The notes under the pieces were generated by a model. It was not told the origin of the DNA. It ran no database searches and worked only from the letters and a program-made list of their open reading frames with translations. DNA of 60,832 bases, filler included, from Asterionella formosa (taxonomy: Eukaryota): NCBI GenBank assembly GCA_002256025.1. It is 16 parts of 16 records of this genome, joined end to end, with 100 filler letters (N's around TTAATTAATTAA, not from the genome) between each part and the next. Parts side by side here need not be neighbours in the genome. Positions count along the whole stretch, not along the records: positions 1 to 3,722 come from NKIB01013950.1; positions 3,823 to 7,541 come from NKIB01013952.1; positions 7,642 to 11,358 come from NKIB01013953.1; 13 more parts are not named here. One strand, given 5' to 3'. Made by a program: the position numbers and the translations under genes. Shown one piece after another: positions 1-11,458 of the stretch (position 1 is the first letter of the stretch; the number at the start of each line of letters is the position of its first letter).

Positions 1-1367
1 CATCTGGGGTGAAGCTTCTCTCGAAGAAGCAGTCGAGGATGTGCTGACCGTCCCTTCTGATGACATGCTCCTTGGACGAGAGTTGTCCATTTTCAGAACT
101 GATGTCACAAGGCCGTGAGCAATGCAACGCAGATTTTATCAATAAAGAAATTCGGGATGAACCGTAATACAATATATGTCCATGTACCCCGATACCCAGT
201 ACCTCGTACATGGTACATATACGCTGTTTCTCTATCATTCAATGGTAGGTACTCCAGCCGTAGCAGGGCAGGCACCATGTGACCATGTACTACATGTATA
301 TTGCAACAACCACCACTAGTAACTACTCCGTAGGTATTGAACTACAGGTACCAAGCTTTCTATAGCAGACTCAGGCACGACCGGCCGGAGGTATTTCGTC
401 CCCGCGCACAGCGGAGTATTCAGTATATTTGTTTCCCTCCTTTGTTCCGCCTGCATGACAACAGATGATCGTTGCTGAACAAAAAATTCAAGGCATTTTC
501 ATTCCTTCGCCTACGACTAGAATAGTGTTACCTTGTCCGTTGAGGACACATTTGGACATTTAAATATCACGAACTATTTAGAGCACCACATCATCACGCC
601 GCGGTCGTGCGTGGATTCAAAAATCTACGTAGACTACAACCCGATGCGTCAATGGTCAATGTATACAGATAGAGAGGTAAAACAATTGTTTCCACATTGC
701 CTTGTAGTGCACTCAGATCCGGGTTTCCTACATCACCTATACATGTAGATTCTTTGCCCAAACTGTGTTTTATTTTACTCGATTGTTACCAAAAAATCTA
801 TTTTTTATTACTTTTGTTGATACAATATCAAAACAGTAGTATCCATACAGTATTTGTCAAGAATTCGTTTGGACCTTGCATACTATCAATCACTTCAAGT
901 TCTCATCGCTCTGTCCGGTGATCCTCCTCTTGTTTCAACCCACTACACAGGTATTGTGGAGATTTCATAAAAAGATTTCATATTTACTGTTTCAGGTAGT
1001 CACGCCAAGAGGTTGCAGCTGATGTTCTGCATTTAGGTAGAGGAGAAAGCATCATGATGACGTGTGTCATTGCATATTTTGTACCAGCAAAAAAATCTGT
1101 TTGGACACTAAATGAATCTAGTGATGGAAATACTTTCTGATACCTGTATACATATATAAAAGGTGACACCAGCTGAATGGAGTAAAAATAATTTTAGCTT
1201 TGACAGCAACCTTTGGGACTAAATACGCAAGCCGCAAGCTAATTGACGAGTTCAAAGCACAATCATTCTTGGATAATACATAAATGGCTACAGTACAAAA
1301 TTGCCTGAATAATTTTGTTCCTATCTAGAATATTTAGTCCAAAAAGTGAATTTATTCGATTGGACAT

Positions 1368-1419
1368 TGACTCTCAGTTCAAAATCTTCCAAACGTTGAT
1401 TCTCAGTTTTTAGGTGGTA
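1368..1419 (-). mobile_element. DNA transposon terminus, TA|CCACCTAAAAACTG family (Tc1/mariner-pogo type)
   Basis: Reverse complement reads TA|CCACCTAAAAACTGAGAATCA, with a second subterminal copy 30 bp inward. The same terminus occurs at 29364-29422 and 49851-49904. Confidence 0.7.
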
Positions 1420-1769
1420 CTCAGTCTACGTGCGCTGCTATACGCTGCAGCTGACCAAAACCCTTTCCACCATGTCCTCTTCGGATGATGCCGCATCAGC
1501 CACTCCCCTCCCACATCTTCCGCTCCCCTCCGCATACCTTCCTCCGGCACTCACAGTGAATCAGAAGAAAACCCCATCGAAATCCTCCCTCACCAACCTC
1601 AAGAAGACAAAAACCAAGGTTTAAACAATATGCAATACCTATTTCAAGTGCCAACCGCTTCTGTCATCCACACTCCTCTCTCCCACTGAAACTTCTCTTA
1701 TCTCCACATCTCCTCTTGACAATAGAAACATGAAGAAGCGCACAGCAACAGCCAGTCACAACCTCCACA

Positions 1770-2945
1770 GTTTATTGGTACAACCGCCAGAAAAAACGCC
1801 AGTCAAAAATGATCACCCAAATTTGGGTGGCCCACTATGATAAATTGGGTTACATACATAATTTAAAGGTATGACATCAAATATAAAATGTGATGCATCA
1901 TAGAATATATATGATAGGAGTGAATTGCGACAACTTCCATAAAAATTTATAAACCCACATAAATTTCGGGGCAAACTAACAATATTTTTGTATGCCTGAT
2001 AATATATTTTCTGTAGCAATGACCACAATTATTGTTTGCAGCAATCAACTATAATTTCTGTAAAGAGCAAAGTAAAATGACAATGCTATTGCAATATTAA
2101 TGTTGTTGTCATATTTATTCAAACTATATTTACAATATTTGACTAGCTACTGCAACCAATATTAGTTGCAAAAATCGCTGAACAGCGGCATGCAGATTTA
2201 GAATCACTGCTCCACTTGCTTGTGTTGTTGGCAACTTTCTATCAATTTTCTAGAAACAATCATCATAACACAACTTTGTCTTGACGCAAAGCATTAGCTG
2301 CTGTTTTCACTGCCATCTGGTGATCTGTAGTCATGGATGATTGTTGGATGAGAAGCATTAATTCCTGCAAGTAGTACAGAGATAAAAATGTTAGAGTTGC
2401 GAAATTGATTACAATGGCAAAGCGCACAGACTAATCATCTTGGTTCATACCTTATTTTATATTGGAGCTGTCAAAAAGCATTTTAATTTCTGATGAACAA
2501 GCTAGACAACTTGTGTGAGTGTTTGCAATGAACAAAAGGCAAGGCATAAGTGAAATAACAATCAACATCATACCAAGAAAAGCGCCAACAAAACAACCTT
2601 GACAGCGACTTCAATTCTTAATTGAATCTTGAATTTTCTTTCATGAGAAGTTGTAATTAAGAAAGGAGAAATAGGTGTGAGAAGTAGAAGATCAGAAAGA
2701 GTTACAATCAAATCAAACTGACCATGCAGAAGCAACCTTCATCATTGCGTTTTTCCTTGATTTCGGCATGATTTTACAGTGATGTGGCGCAAGAAGAATG
2801 ATAAAGATGACAATATAATAGCTAGATTACCAGTCTTTAATTAATTAATTAAATATGGGGGCGGTCAGTTGTGCTCATTTCCTAGACTCCTGTAAAACGA
2901 ACACGCGAACAATACTGGCGCGGTCTGCAGTGTTGTCCAAGTGTA
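1770..2945 (-). repeat. About 1.2-kb dispersed repeat carrying a decayed intron-containing gene; homolog at 31400-32640 in the opposite orientation
   Basis: Colinear similarity by eye, e.g. GATCACCCAAAT..TTTGGGTGGCCCA, ACTTGTGTGAGTGTTTGCAATGAACAAA, GGTCTGCAGTGTTGT. GT..AG introns at 2365-2450 and 2490-2573 (minus strand). Confidence 0.8.
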
Positions 2946-3722
2946 ACATGAGGTCCTCCAACAATCACAAGCACTTTCAACACATAGGCTATGCTAAAGA
3001 ATAATTTACCATTTTAAATTGTCTGGTGATAACAAGAATCCATTGGAAACGAAGTGCCGACTTTCTACCAACAAAATCATGGTAACCTTGATGTCAACTC
3101 AAATAAACCTTGATGAATAGAATGTGAACATTTATTCCCCTTCATGACTAGGTTTATATCTATTTTTTCTAAATTTGTGGGTTTGCCCAGCTATAAAAAT
3201 GAATTCGGTAGAACTCTTTCAAAAATGAAAATGAATTTGTTATGCAATGTTAAGGAAAATATAGTAATACCCTAATAAAAGCACCTGGTCCACTGGACCA
3301 GGAGCTGATAATAATACTGTGTTTTAGGAGTAGCATAGATAGCTGATCCTGTACTTGGAATTCCAGCATTTTTGGTACTGTGGTCAGGTCTAGTTTCAGT
3401 CCCTGTTACATAACTGAGAGCATCCCCAGCAAAAAATCACTTGTATGTATAGCCAGTCTTTCAACTGCTACAAAAACTGATCTGCAGTAGCTACAAGTCT
3501 TGGAACAAACAATTCATGGGCATCACTTTCTTTATAACAAATTGCATTTTTGCTAAGTGGACACACCAGTTTTGTTGACGGACAAAATTAGACTTTCCTG
3601 ACTTGTCTGCCTGTGCCTTAGCCACATTCTGACCCACTGCAGTGCAAATGCACAGCCAAAACTGTAGTACATTACAGTATTAAGTCTGCCAATCTTAACT
3701 TGTGCATGGTTTACATTAAAGA

Positions 3723-3822
3723 NNNNNNNNNNNNNNNNNNNNNNNNNNNNNNNNNNNNNNNNNNNNTTAATTAATTAANNNNNNNNNNNNNNNNNNNNNN
3801 NNNNNNNNNNNNNNNNNNNNNN
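3723..3822. other. Artificial contig-joining spacer (first of 15)
   Basis: 44 N + TTAATTAATTAA (stops in all six frames) + 44 N. The others start at 7542, 11359, 15177, 18995, 22809, 26622, 30432, 34242, 38051, 41856, 45660, 49462, 53258 and 57043. Contigs between them are 3685-3722 nt and roughly length-sorted. Confidence 0.99.
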
Positions 3823-4217
3823 GTACCCTACATATAAATTCATTACGTACATGCCCTGCTGGAAATACATACCACGAACTGCGAATAGCAGTACCGGTAG
3901 GCAGCTGCCCTATGATTCTCAAAATGGTGACCCGCAGCTGTCTCAATATGGTACCAGGTACCTGGTGAGGGAGCATACCTCTACCTATTGTGCCTCCTTG
4001 CAGAATCGTAGTCCTAAGCATTGAACCAGTAGCCTCCTTGTTGAGCTATTTTGCGGGGATCTAAAGCTACCACTCAATTAAAGTTCTCTTTCTACTGTGG
4101 CAGTATTTGATTCCGCCTGATCTGCAACTGGTAACGAGAATAATATAGACAATTGTAGCTACCATATGCTCTTTCTTTATTGTGTTACTTACTCCTACAC
4201 CCAAAGGAGGCTTCATA

Positions 4218-5624
4218 TCACTCAAAATTTTTGTTCAAAAACTCCATCATGACATCATCGAATGAGGGCAAGTCAGTCACAGTAATTAGAGTCCGAAATT
4301 TCTCAGCATTTATCCTATTCGGCAAGGGTGGAAAGAATTGTTTCACCATACGTTGTACAACCCCTTGCGCAGCATGAGGAGCCACCGTCTCATGGTGAGC
4401 TCGTGACTGACACCTTGCGACACACACCGCCATGGGGTATTGAAAGATGACGGCATCCACGTCCACGCCGGTTTGTGCGGCAATATCTAAAAAGTGTTTG
4501 CGCTGGCTTGGGTCGAAATTGCATCGATCAATGATGGGGCACTTACCGTCAGCAAGTGCCTTTCGCGCCAGATCCTCGCAGGCACGTCGATTTCCGAGTT
4601 GGTCTTGATTAACCCGAACATACATCCATGGTTTACCTTGGACAAGACACGAGGCAAAAGTGCTTTTACCGGAACCGGGAATTCCAACAAGGAGTAACAT
4701 GAAAGGTTTGAATTGTTTATTCAAGTGATTTGGTGGAACAAATGCCACTTGAGGGATTGCGGGCTCACGGGTGTCGCTACTTTTATTATGATAGGCACGA
4801 GCATGATAATTGTCCCGATCATCACGACGTCGTTCAGGAACCCTCTCCCAACCACCACCACCATGATCTTGTTCCCCACTATGAGTAACACGCTGCTTCA
4901 TATATTCTGCACTGTGTTGTCGATGATTGTCACGTATAAGGGGCGCTCTTGATCGCTCCATTCTCCCTTCAAACGTTGATGATTGGCGATCATGTCGTGG
5001 AAGCGAAGGTGAACGCGGCCGATGTTCGCGTCTTGGAGAAGTAGCACGGTAATTGTAGTGATTTGTTGGGGTGTGAGAGTATGATAAAGCATGTTTGTAA
5101 TTGCTGTAGCGATATCTTTGTTCGGTTCGATTCCCACAATGCGCTGAGCTACTACGAGGAAGGTGATTCACTTCACCACTGTCGAATTCTCTGAACTGGT
5201 GGCCACCTTGATGAGCAAAGCGCTCAGTATTGTGACTACCGGTATCTCCGTGTTCCTCTAGGAATCGCTTGTCTCTTCCATAAGTGCTCTCGCTGTTGTA
5301 GCTGTAGTCGCGACGTCGTGGCGGCGACCGGGATCTCGACCGGTGGCGGCGATGGGGCGATTGTTGCGGTGGCGGTTGCGTATCAGTTGGCAATTGTTGC
5401 TTGTGCTCCCTGTTATAGGTATATCCCCTGCGAGTCGGATCGAAGTTCTTCGATATGCCTTTTCGCTTTTCCCAATTCTGCATCTCAATTGTGTTGTGAA
5501 TGGAAACAGAACTTGAAGTGGAAACATATTCCATCGACGTGGCCGAAGGACGGCCCAAAGCTGACGAGAAGTCCGCGGCTTTCTGCGGTCGCTGCTGCTG
5601 TCGACTAGTGTAGTAAGTGCTCAT
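4218..5624 (-). CDS. P-loop nucleotide kinase-like protein (AAA_33 / polynucleotide kinase-like C-terminal domain) with a long disordered Arg/Ser/His-rich N-terminus
   Basis: Walker A GIPGSGKST followed by RVNQDQLG and IIDRCNFD..QRK motifs. Likely start is the ATG at 5624 (MSTYY), not the ORF-track start at 5768. Confidence 0.8.
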   Translation of the reverse strand: MSTYYTSRQQQRPQKAADFSSALGRPSATSMEYVSTSSSVSIHNTIEMQNWEKRKGISKNFDPTRRGYTYNREHKQQLPTDTQPPPQQSPHRRHRSRSRSPPRRRDYSYNSESTYGRDKRFLEEHGDTGSHNTERFAHQGGHQFREFDSGEVNHLPRSSSAHCGNRTEQRYRYSNYKHALSYSHTPTNHYNYRATSPRREHRPRSPSLPRHDRQSSTFEGRMERSRAPLIRDNHRQHSAEYMKQRVTHSGEQDHGGGGWERVPERRRDDRDNYHARAYHNKSSDTREPAIPQVAFVPPNHLNKQFKPFMLLLVGIPGSGKSTFASCLVQGKPWMYVRVNQDQLGNRRACEDLARKALADGKCPIIDRCNFDPSQRKHFLDIAAQTGVDVDAVIFQYPMAVCVARCQSRAHHETVAPHAAQGVVQRMVKQFFPPLPNRINAEKFRTLITVTDLPSFDDVMMEFLNKNFE

Positions 5625-5826
5625 GCCCTTGGATCTTGTGACTTGACTGGTGTCTGCGAGAAGGAAGGGATCCACTGGAATGAGGCCAAGTGAGGAGCTG
5701 CTTGGAATTATGAGCGAGGGTTGAGCGAGGGTTGACCTCGTTCTACATGAACAGAAAATAATGAACAACTGGAAAAAGCATCCTAATTAACCAGGGAGCA
5801 GTCCAGTAGGGCATGTCCATACAGTG

Positions 5827-5905
5827 CCGGTACCTGGTACCAGGTAACAGTACCCTGGTACCAGGGTACCAGGTACTGGCCTACCAGGTAGTCTTTCATA
5901 CCGGT
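5827..5905. repeat. Chain of TA-CC(W)GG-TA units in the divergent intergenic region between the kinase gene and QCR6
   Basis: TA CCTGG TA CCAGG TA ... TA CCCTGG TA CCAGGG TA CCAGG TA ... TA CCAGG TA. Confidence 0.85.
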
Positions 5906-6075
5906 GTGCAGTACCGATACCGTATATTGCTTCGTCTGACTATCCCGACTGACCAACAGTCACACACCCACCCACCCACAACCAAACAAACAAACGCCAA
6001 CACAACATTTGCCACAGAATCTTTTTTCGTGAGGCCGATATCCTCGCTCTCTCTCTCGTCGTCACTCTTTCTACC

Positions 6076-6684
6076 ATGGTGCGTTTTGTTTTATTCCATT
6101 TCGTCATGCAAGCACACACGCACACACACGCATGTCAACACATACAATGAGGAGAGACTTGCATTTCAAACAAACAATCGACCAGCGACAATCGGACCAG
6201 AAAAACTCCTTTTTTGTTGGTGGATTGGAGTCGTGACGTCACCAGCTGTTGTTTCGTACTAAAGTGGTTGTACTCCGTGTTGTATTTTACCAGTTGTGTA
6301 CATCCAATGCGGCTTCCGCTCACACACACACTCTCTCACACACATTCTTTCCTCATTATTTATCAATATGTCACTCCTGAATTACACACTACATGCTCAC
6401 TTTTGTCTAAAATGATGTTGCTTGGGTCCATATGGCAGACTGATAATGACAATGATCAGCTCTTGGTGGATCCTCTCAAGGCAATGCGCAAAGGGTGTGA
6501 ATCACACTGTACAACAACATTGAATTTATGGAAAGCTTGTGTGGAACGAATTAAACATAAACCAATTGAAGAAGGTGGGAATTGTGATGATTGGTACATG
6601 GAAGCTCGTGCATGTATTGATCATTGTGTTGCTCCTAAAATTTCCAAAGTTTTGATGGAACAATCAAAGCCAAAAGGGAAGTAG
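6076..6684 (+). CDS. QCR6: Cytochrome b-c1 complex subunit 6 (hinge protein); predicted join(6076..6078,6439..6684)
   Basis: Acidic N-terminus, then LVDPLKAMRKGC..C..C..C..CIDHCVAPKI, typical of UCR_hinge. ATG|GTGCGT donor at 6079 and GCAG| acceptor at 6438 are phase-0 compatible. The exon structure is inferred. Confidence 0.85.
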
Positions 6685-7641
6685 TAATACTAATAGTAGA
6701 ATGACACCATGCAAACAGGAGCGATAGACTATTGTTGTTGAACTGAATCAAATTGGCCGAAAGGAACCGGAAAATGAAAATAAGGGAAAGAATTTTGCAG
6801 CCCTTAATGACAATTCCTCTCTGGTTCTCTTTATTCATGACTTTTTGTCGAGATGTAGCCAACTGTTTGCAAGTATTTTGGTTCCATCCTGATGAACCAC
6901 ACTCTTACTCTCCTAACATTATGCCTCAGTTCCCATGCTCTTATCAAGTAGAATTCAGCTTTCTGGTAAAAATGACATGCAGTGACTTTCGTTTCATTCT
7001 CATGGAAAACAATATCATTCCATCCTTTTTTGTAAAGTTCAATATGCCAACAAACCAGTTTTCACTGTTGTCATACATTACAGTGACAACATACCAACTG
7101 ATGGCAAGTGGCAACTCTATGTGATGTGATACTGGCTTTGGTGGACAGGAAAACGAATGTGGACCACTTTACAAAATCTAGAATGACTGGCAGAATCACG
7201 CAAGCATCATCGTAAATGCATCTATTTGGTGTAGTTTCCAAAGACATGTATACAGTGCATGGTGAGTATTTGAAGGATCAAGTTGGGAGACCCATATAGA
7301 TGATTATAATAAGTTTATGCTTAGTGCACACATTATAGGAAGTAAACAATTGGTAACTGTATTTCTCTGCATCAGGCAGGAGCATATGTGGTTTTATCAT
7401 GAAATGTTCAGCACTTGTTAATATTTTGCTTACTAAATTTATTTTTAAACCTAGAACCAGGGGGGAGAGGGGGGATGTCACTGGAATTAGTTTTTAACAA
7501 GTATTGTCTACTGCATGTAAGCAGTCATACTCTATCATTAGNNNNNNNNNNNNNNNNNNNNNNNNNNNNNNNNNNNNNNNNNNNNTTAATTAATTAANNN
7601 NNNNNNNNNNNNNNNNNNNNNNNNNNNNNNNNNNNNNNNNN

Positions 7642-8885
7642 TGAAATGCACAACATGTTAGCCAGACTTTGTCAGGTTCTGTTACTCCATGTATTCGGAT
7701 GCCTGATTTTAAAATCCGCCAGCGTCCCTTTAGTATTCCAAAGGTACATTCCACATCTTTTCTAAGTGACTCCAGCCATTCAGACCATCTAAGTTCTTGT
7801 TCCGTTTCTGGGTTTTTGGTTGGAGGCACTGTTGTAGACCATTTTAGATATCCATTGTCAAGTATCAAAAAGCATCCACTATACTTTATGGATACAACTG
7901 CTCCATTCCGATCTTTTTCTTTAAGCTCAAACTCCACATCTTTTAAGGCATCTGCACCATTCTGGATGCCTCGAGCAAAAGTATCAAAGTTGATTAATGT
8001 TTTATCATTCCATCGACAAGGATGCCCCGTGGTAGTAGACAGGATCCTCCGGCGATGATTCACAGTAGCATTATAAGTCCTGGCTGTACAAGGAAGTTTT
8101 GATGATATATGCTGGTTCCGAAGCCGATTGAAGCATCGCTCTATTGACACATGTGTAGCATCTCTTGACCCAAGACATCCAGGGAAACCTGCCTGTGTCA
8201 TTTCAAACATGTGATGCTCTGCTTCCAATGGGTTTGTTGGAGTTCTAACATATTTTTTGTAAAGGATGGTACTTCCAACTTCAATAAAGGCGTGGAAGAA
8301 TTGCCTGTGAGTCTCTTGACTGATACCAGTATTCTTCTCAATGTCATCAAAAGTCCATCCTCTCCCAAGGTACCTGAATGCTCCTAAAACCATAAGTTCA
8401 AGGGGTGATGATGCCCTTCCTGTTGCATCAGGTCGAGTCCAGCGAGGAAACCAATTTGAAACTCTAGCATCAAAAACAAATTGGAGGAACTGGTTGTGTG
8501 GTAGTCGAAATCTGCGGCAGAATTTCTTTTGAAATGACAATGATTCAATTGCTGGTCTGGAAATGTATACTAGTATATACCAGTTTGACATCACAGGAGT
8601 TATCATTTGAATTAGCCCTTTTTCATTGATGTATTCACAGACCTTGTTCTTTCCTCTCACTCTAACTCTTGGGGGTAGAGGCATATTGTTAAGACTTTGT
8701 ATTTCTGGTGGAGTGGGCACGAGTAGAGTTCTTCCGAAATCAGACAAAAACTGAAGATACTGCTGAAAGTATTTCTCTGATTCTACCTCACCATTAGCAT
8801 GTAGACATTGTACAATGTTATGTGGGCGATGGTCACATGAATCCATGTGTGCCATGTTGGTGAAATGTGGGTTTGATGATGACAT
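7642..8885 (-). CDS. PIF/Harbinger DDE transposase, uninterrupted up to the contig end (3' truncated)
   Basis: FCRRFRLP, LELMVLGAFRYLGRGWTFDDI, FPGCLGSRDATH (D), LILDNGY (D), ESLRKDVECTFGILKGRW (E). Likely ATG at 8885. Confidence 0.92.
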
Positions 8886-9094
8886 GATGATTGTGGCGAA
8901 ATCCGAGATTATTTGTTGTTGTTGTTCTCGACAGTGTGGTCCCCTGGTACCTGGTACCAGGTACCAGAGTACCGTATAGCTATTGTTGTATCTATGTATG
9001 ATATACTGGTAAATGATGCGTCCTATATGTACTGATTCTACGATGATAATAATTGGGTTTCTAGTGACTACATTCAAAGTAGTCAATATGGAAT

Positions 9095-9297
9095 CCTACG
9101 TTTAGGTAACTTTGGGAAAAAAAACCTAAACGTAATGGGTTTGGGTAACTTATTGGGATATGGGCACGGAATCCCCTAAACGTAACGCGTTTGCGTTGGG
9201 TTTTTCACTCCCGTTAGCATCGTTTTTTAGGGTTACCGAAACCAAAACACTGTTTGGTTTGCGTTTTGGTCCACCGTTAGCAACGGCCTACCGGTAA
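9095..9297 (-). mobile_element. Putative 5' TIR and subterminal region of the Harbinger element
   Basis: Terminus GGCCGTTGCTAACGG (reverse complement of 9274-9288) abuts TA(CCGG)TAA. Subterminal CCTAAACGTA repeats occur in both orientations and CCGTTAGCA occurs twice. Confidence 0.6.
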
Positions 9298-11458
9298 GCC
9301 GCGTATTACGTGAAGTGACCATCATATACCGTACCCGATCTGCATGTGCTGACAAATATTCACACACCATTAAACTCAATGAACACTTGCCCCATGGCAA
9401 GTTGATGACCAACTGAAACGCCTGATGGATCGTCATCATCTTCGTCGCTTTCGTTGCCTCCACTATCGCCTGAGCTATCGCTGGGGTTGTCTGCCGGTCC
9501 AGAGGAACTGTCACTCTGACTCCGATCGCTTGCCTGCAGGTCTGGTGCGGGGATTCGGACCTCCTGAATCACTTCAGGCCGCATTCCCACAACTCCTTCC
9601 GCCTCAACGACATCATCTGGCGGCTCCAGAATCTCATCTTCTCCCTGGGCTGCTCGAATTTGCGCAATGTGGCTCGTTGAGCTGCAATGACACGCTTTGA
9701 GACCCTACCACCCTGTCGAACCCTCTGCTTGGTTCTTGGTGACATGATTATGACCCCAACACTGAACAACGATGCGCAAAAAGCGGACTCCCAGAACGCC
9801 GAAACAAACGTTGCTCGCTGGCCAGCAGTTTTTCCTTCGAATATTGCAACAATCAACCGATAAAGGCTACTGAAGAGGCTACGTGGGTCTGATAAACCGA
9901 CCACTTCTCCTATCCAACAGGCGAGGGGGAGAAAACTGAACCTAATGTTGCAATTAGCGCTATCGAAGGGTACCACATAAAAAGAAGTGATCACAAAGCA
10001 AAATCCAACACAACTTTGTTGGACGGGAAAAACTCGACATATTCCAGACAAGGATTGCCCACTCAAGGATGACCAAAATGCACGCTGGTCCTACGGGCTG
10101 CTAGTACCAGGCGCCTGCATGTAATAAGACAGACCTCGCAGGACTACACCTAACGGTTTCCTCGCCGTTGAGCATATGAAGTACCGGTAGACACCCTGAG
10201 GTATACCCAGAATTTACCATGATGTTACCGGTACCAAACCGGCAAACATCACGTTCCAAGAACTTACCGGTACATGCTTGTAGCTATTTACAAACAACCA
10301 TATACTGACATGAAGTCAATTGTACCAGGGTGGTACCCGGTACCGGTAGTCTGGTACCGTACCATTATGAATCGGTATTTGATACCATTATGCATACAGG
10401 GATGCAAGATGGATGTACTACGTCGTACTCCTATGAATGATGCATACCCATATTTACCACGACCGCCCAGTGTTTGCACTTCTGTACATTCATACCGAAA
10501 TAGAAATGCATATAAACTAGGAGATTTCTGGAATAAGGAGTCTTGAAACTCAAAATTGCGATTAGGGGGAGAACCCCCCAATCCAAAACCCCCTAATCGT
10601 AGCAAGGTTCGGAAACAAATTATTCTTCAAAATTAGATTTTGATAGTAAAGAAATTTATTGGCCAGCGCGAAACCGTTAGAATTTTCTAAATGTCTAAGT
10701 AATATTAGCGGGGAGTCGAATATGAGTTTTTGCCGGCTCCATGTTACATTTTCGGCAAAATGACCGCAACTTGCTGGTACTTGGTACAGGTACCTGGTGC
10801 CAACAAACAGATACTTGTAGTCAATCGACAAATATCTTCGGTTATACCGGTACCTGGTACCACGAACCTGTATCCATATTCATGTTGAGAGGCTGCGCCC
10901 TACGCATGTATCCACTTAGTTACCTGGTACCAGGGGTACCGATACAAGGCATAATACGTGTACCAAATAACTTCGGGTATACTCCTATATACTGTATTTA
11001 TATTATGTACAGTTATATTTTTTGATTACCGGTATATACCGTACCCGATCTGCATCTACAGACAAATATTCGCAATATTCGGACTTTCCCGGAACTCCCA
11101 ACTCCCTCCAGGTTTGGTAACAATGGGTCACATACACGGTATAGTGCCAGTGGTACCAGGTACGGTACCTGGTACCACACGCGAAGAATAGTTCAGCATT
11201 CGCATCGATTGAGCACATCGCTCGTCAAACATGTTACAAACGCATCATAATTATTTCATTGTATGCATCGTTACAAAAGTTCACAATTGCTTTGTTCTGT
11301 TAATCAACGCAAGAATGCAATATTACAAACTACAGCCTGGGGAAAGATTGTATGGTATNNNNNNNNNNNNNNNNNNNNNNNNNNNNNNNNNNNNNNNNNN
11401 NNTTAATTAATTAANNNNNNNNNNNNNNNNNNNNNNNNNNNNNNNNNNNNNNNNNNNN

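Noticed and set aside
600..930. Possible Ulp1-like protease relic on the minus strand (GPNEFLTNTVW, ETIVLPLY)
   Set aside because: Too degenerate; the catalytic residues cannot be identified without a profile search.
2837..2853. TTAATTAATTAATTAA resembling the spacer core
   Set aside because: It has no flanking Ns and the homologous repeat copy has a similar AT run near 31511, so it is natural sequence.
5120..5140. GGTTCGATTCCC tRNA T-loop/B-box motif
   Set aside because: It lies antisense within the kinase CDS and no cloverleaf or acceptor stem can be formed.
6079..6438. Intronic box C/D snoRNA in QCR6
   Set aside because: Only an imperfect box C (ATGAGGA) and a distant CTGA, with no terminal stem.
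9233..10066. Short basic and acidic ORFs as the Myb/SANT partner gene of the Harbinger element
   Set aside because: They lie outside the inferred TIR, are frameshifted and show no Trp-spaced Myb pattern.
10078..10107. Helitron 3' end (..CGGGCTGCTAG|T)
   Set aside because: The upstream hairpin is weak and there is no second copy in the window.
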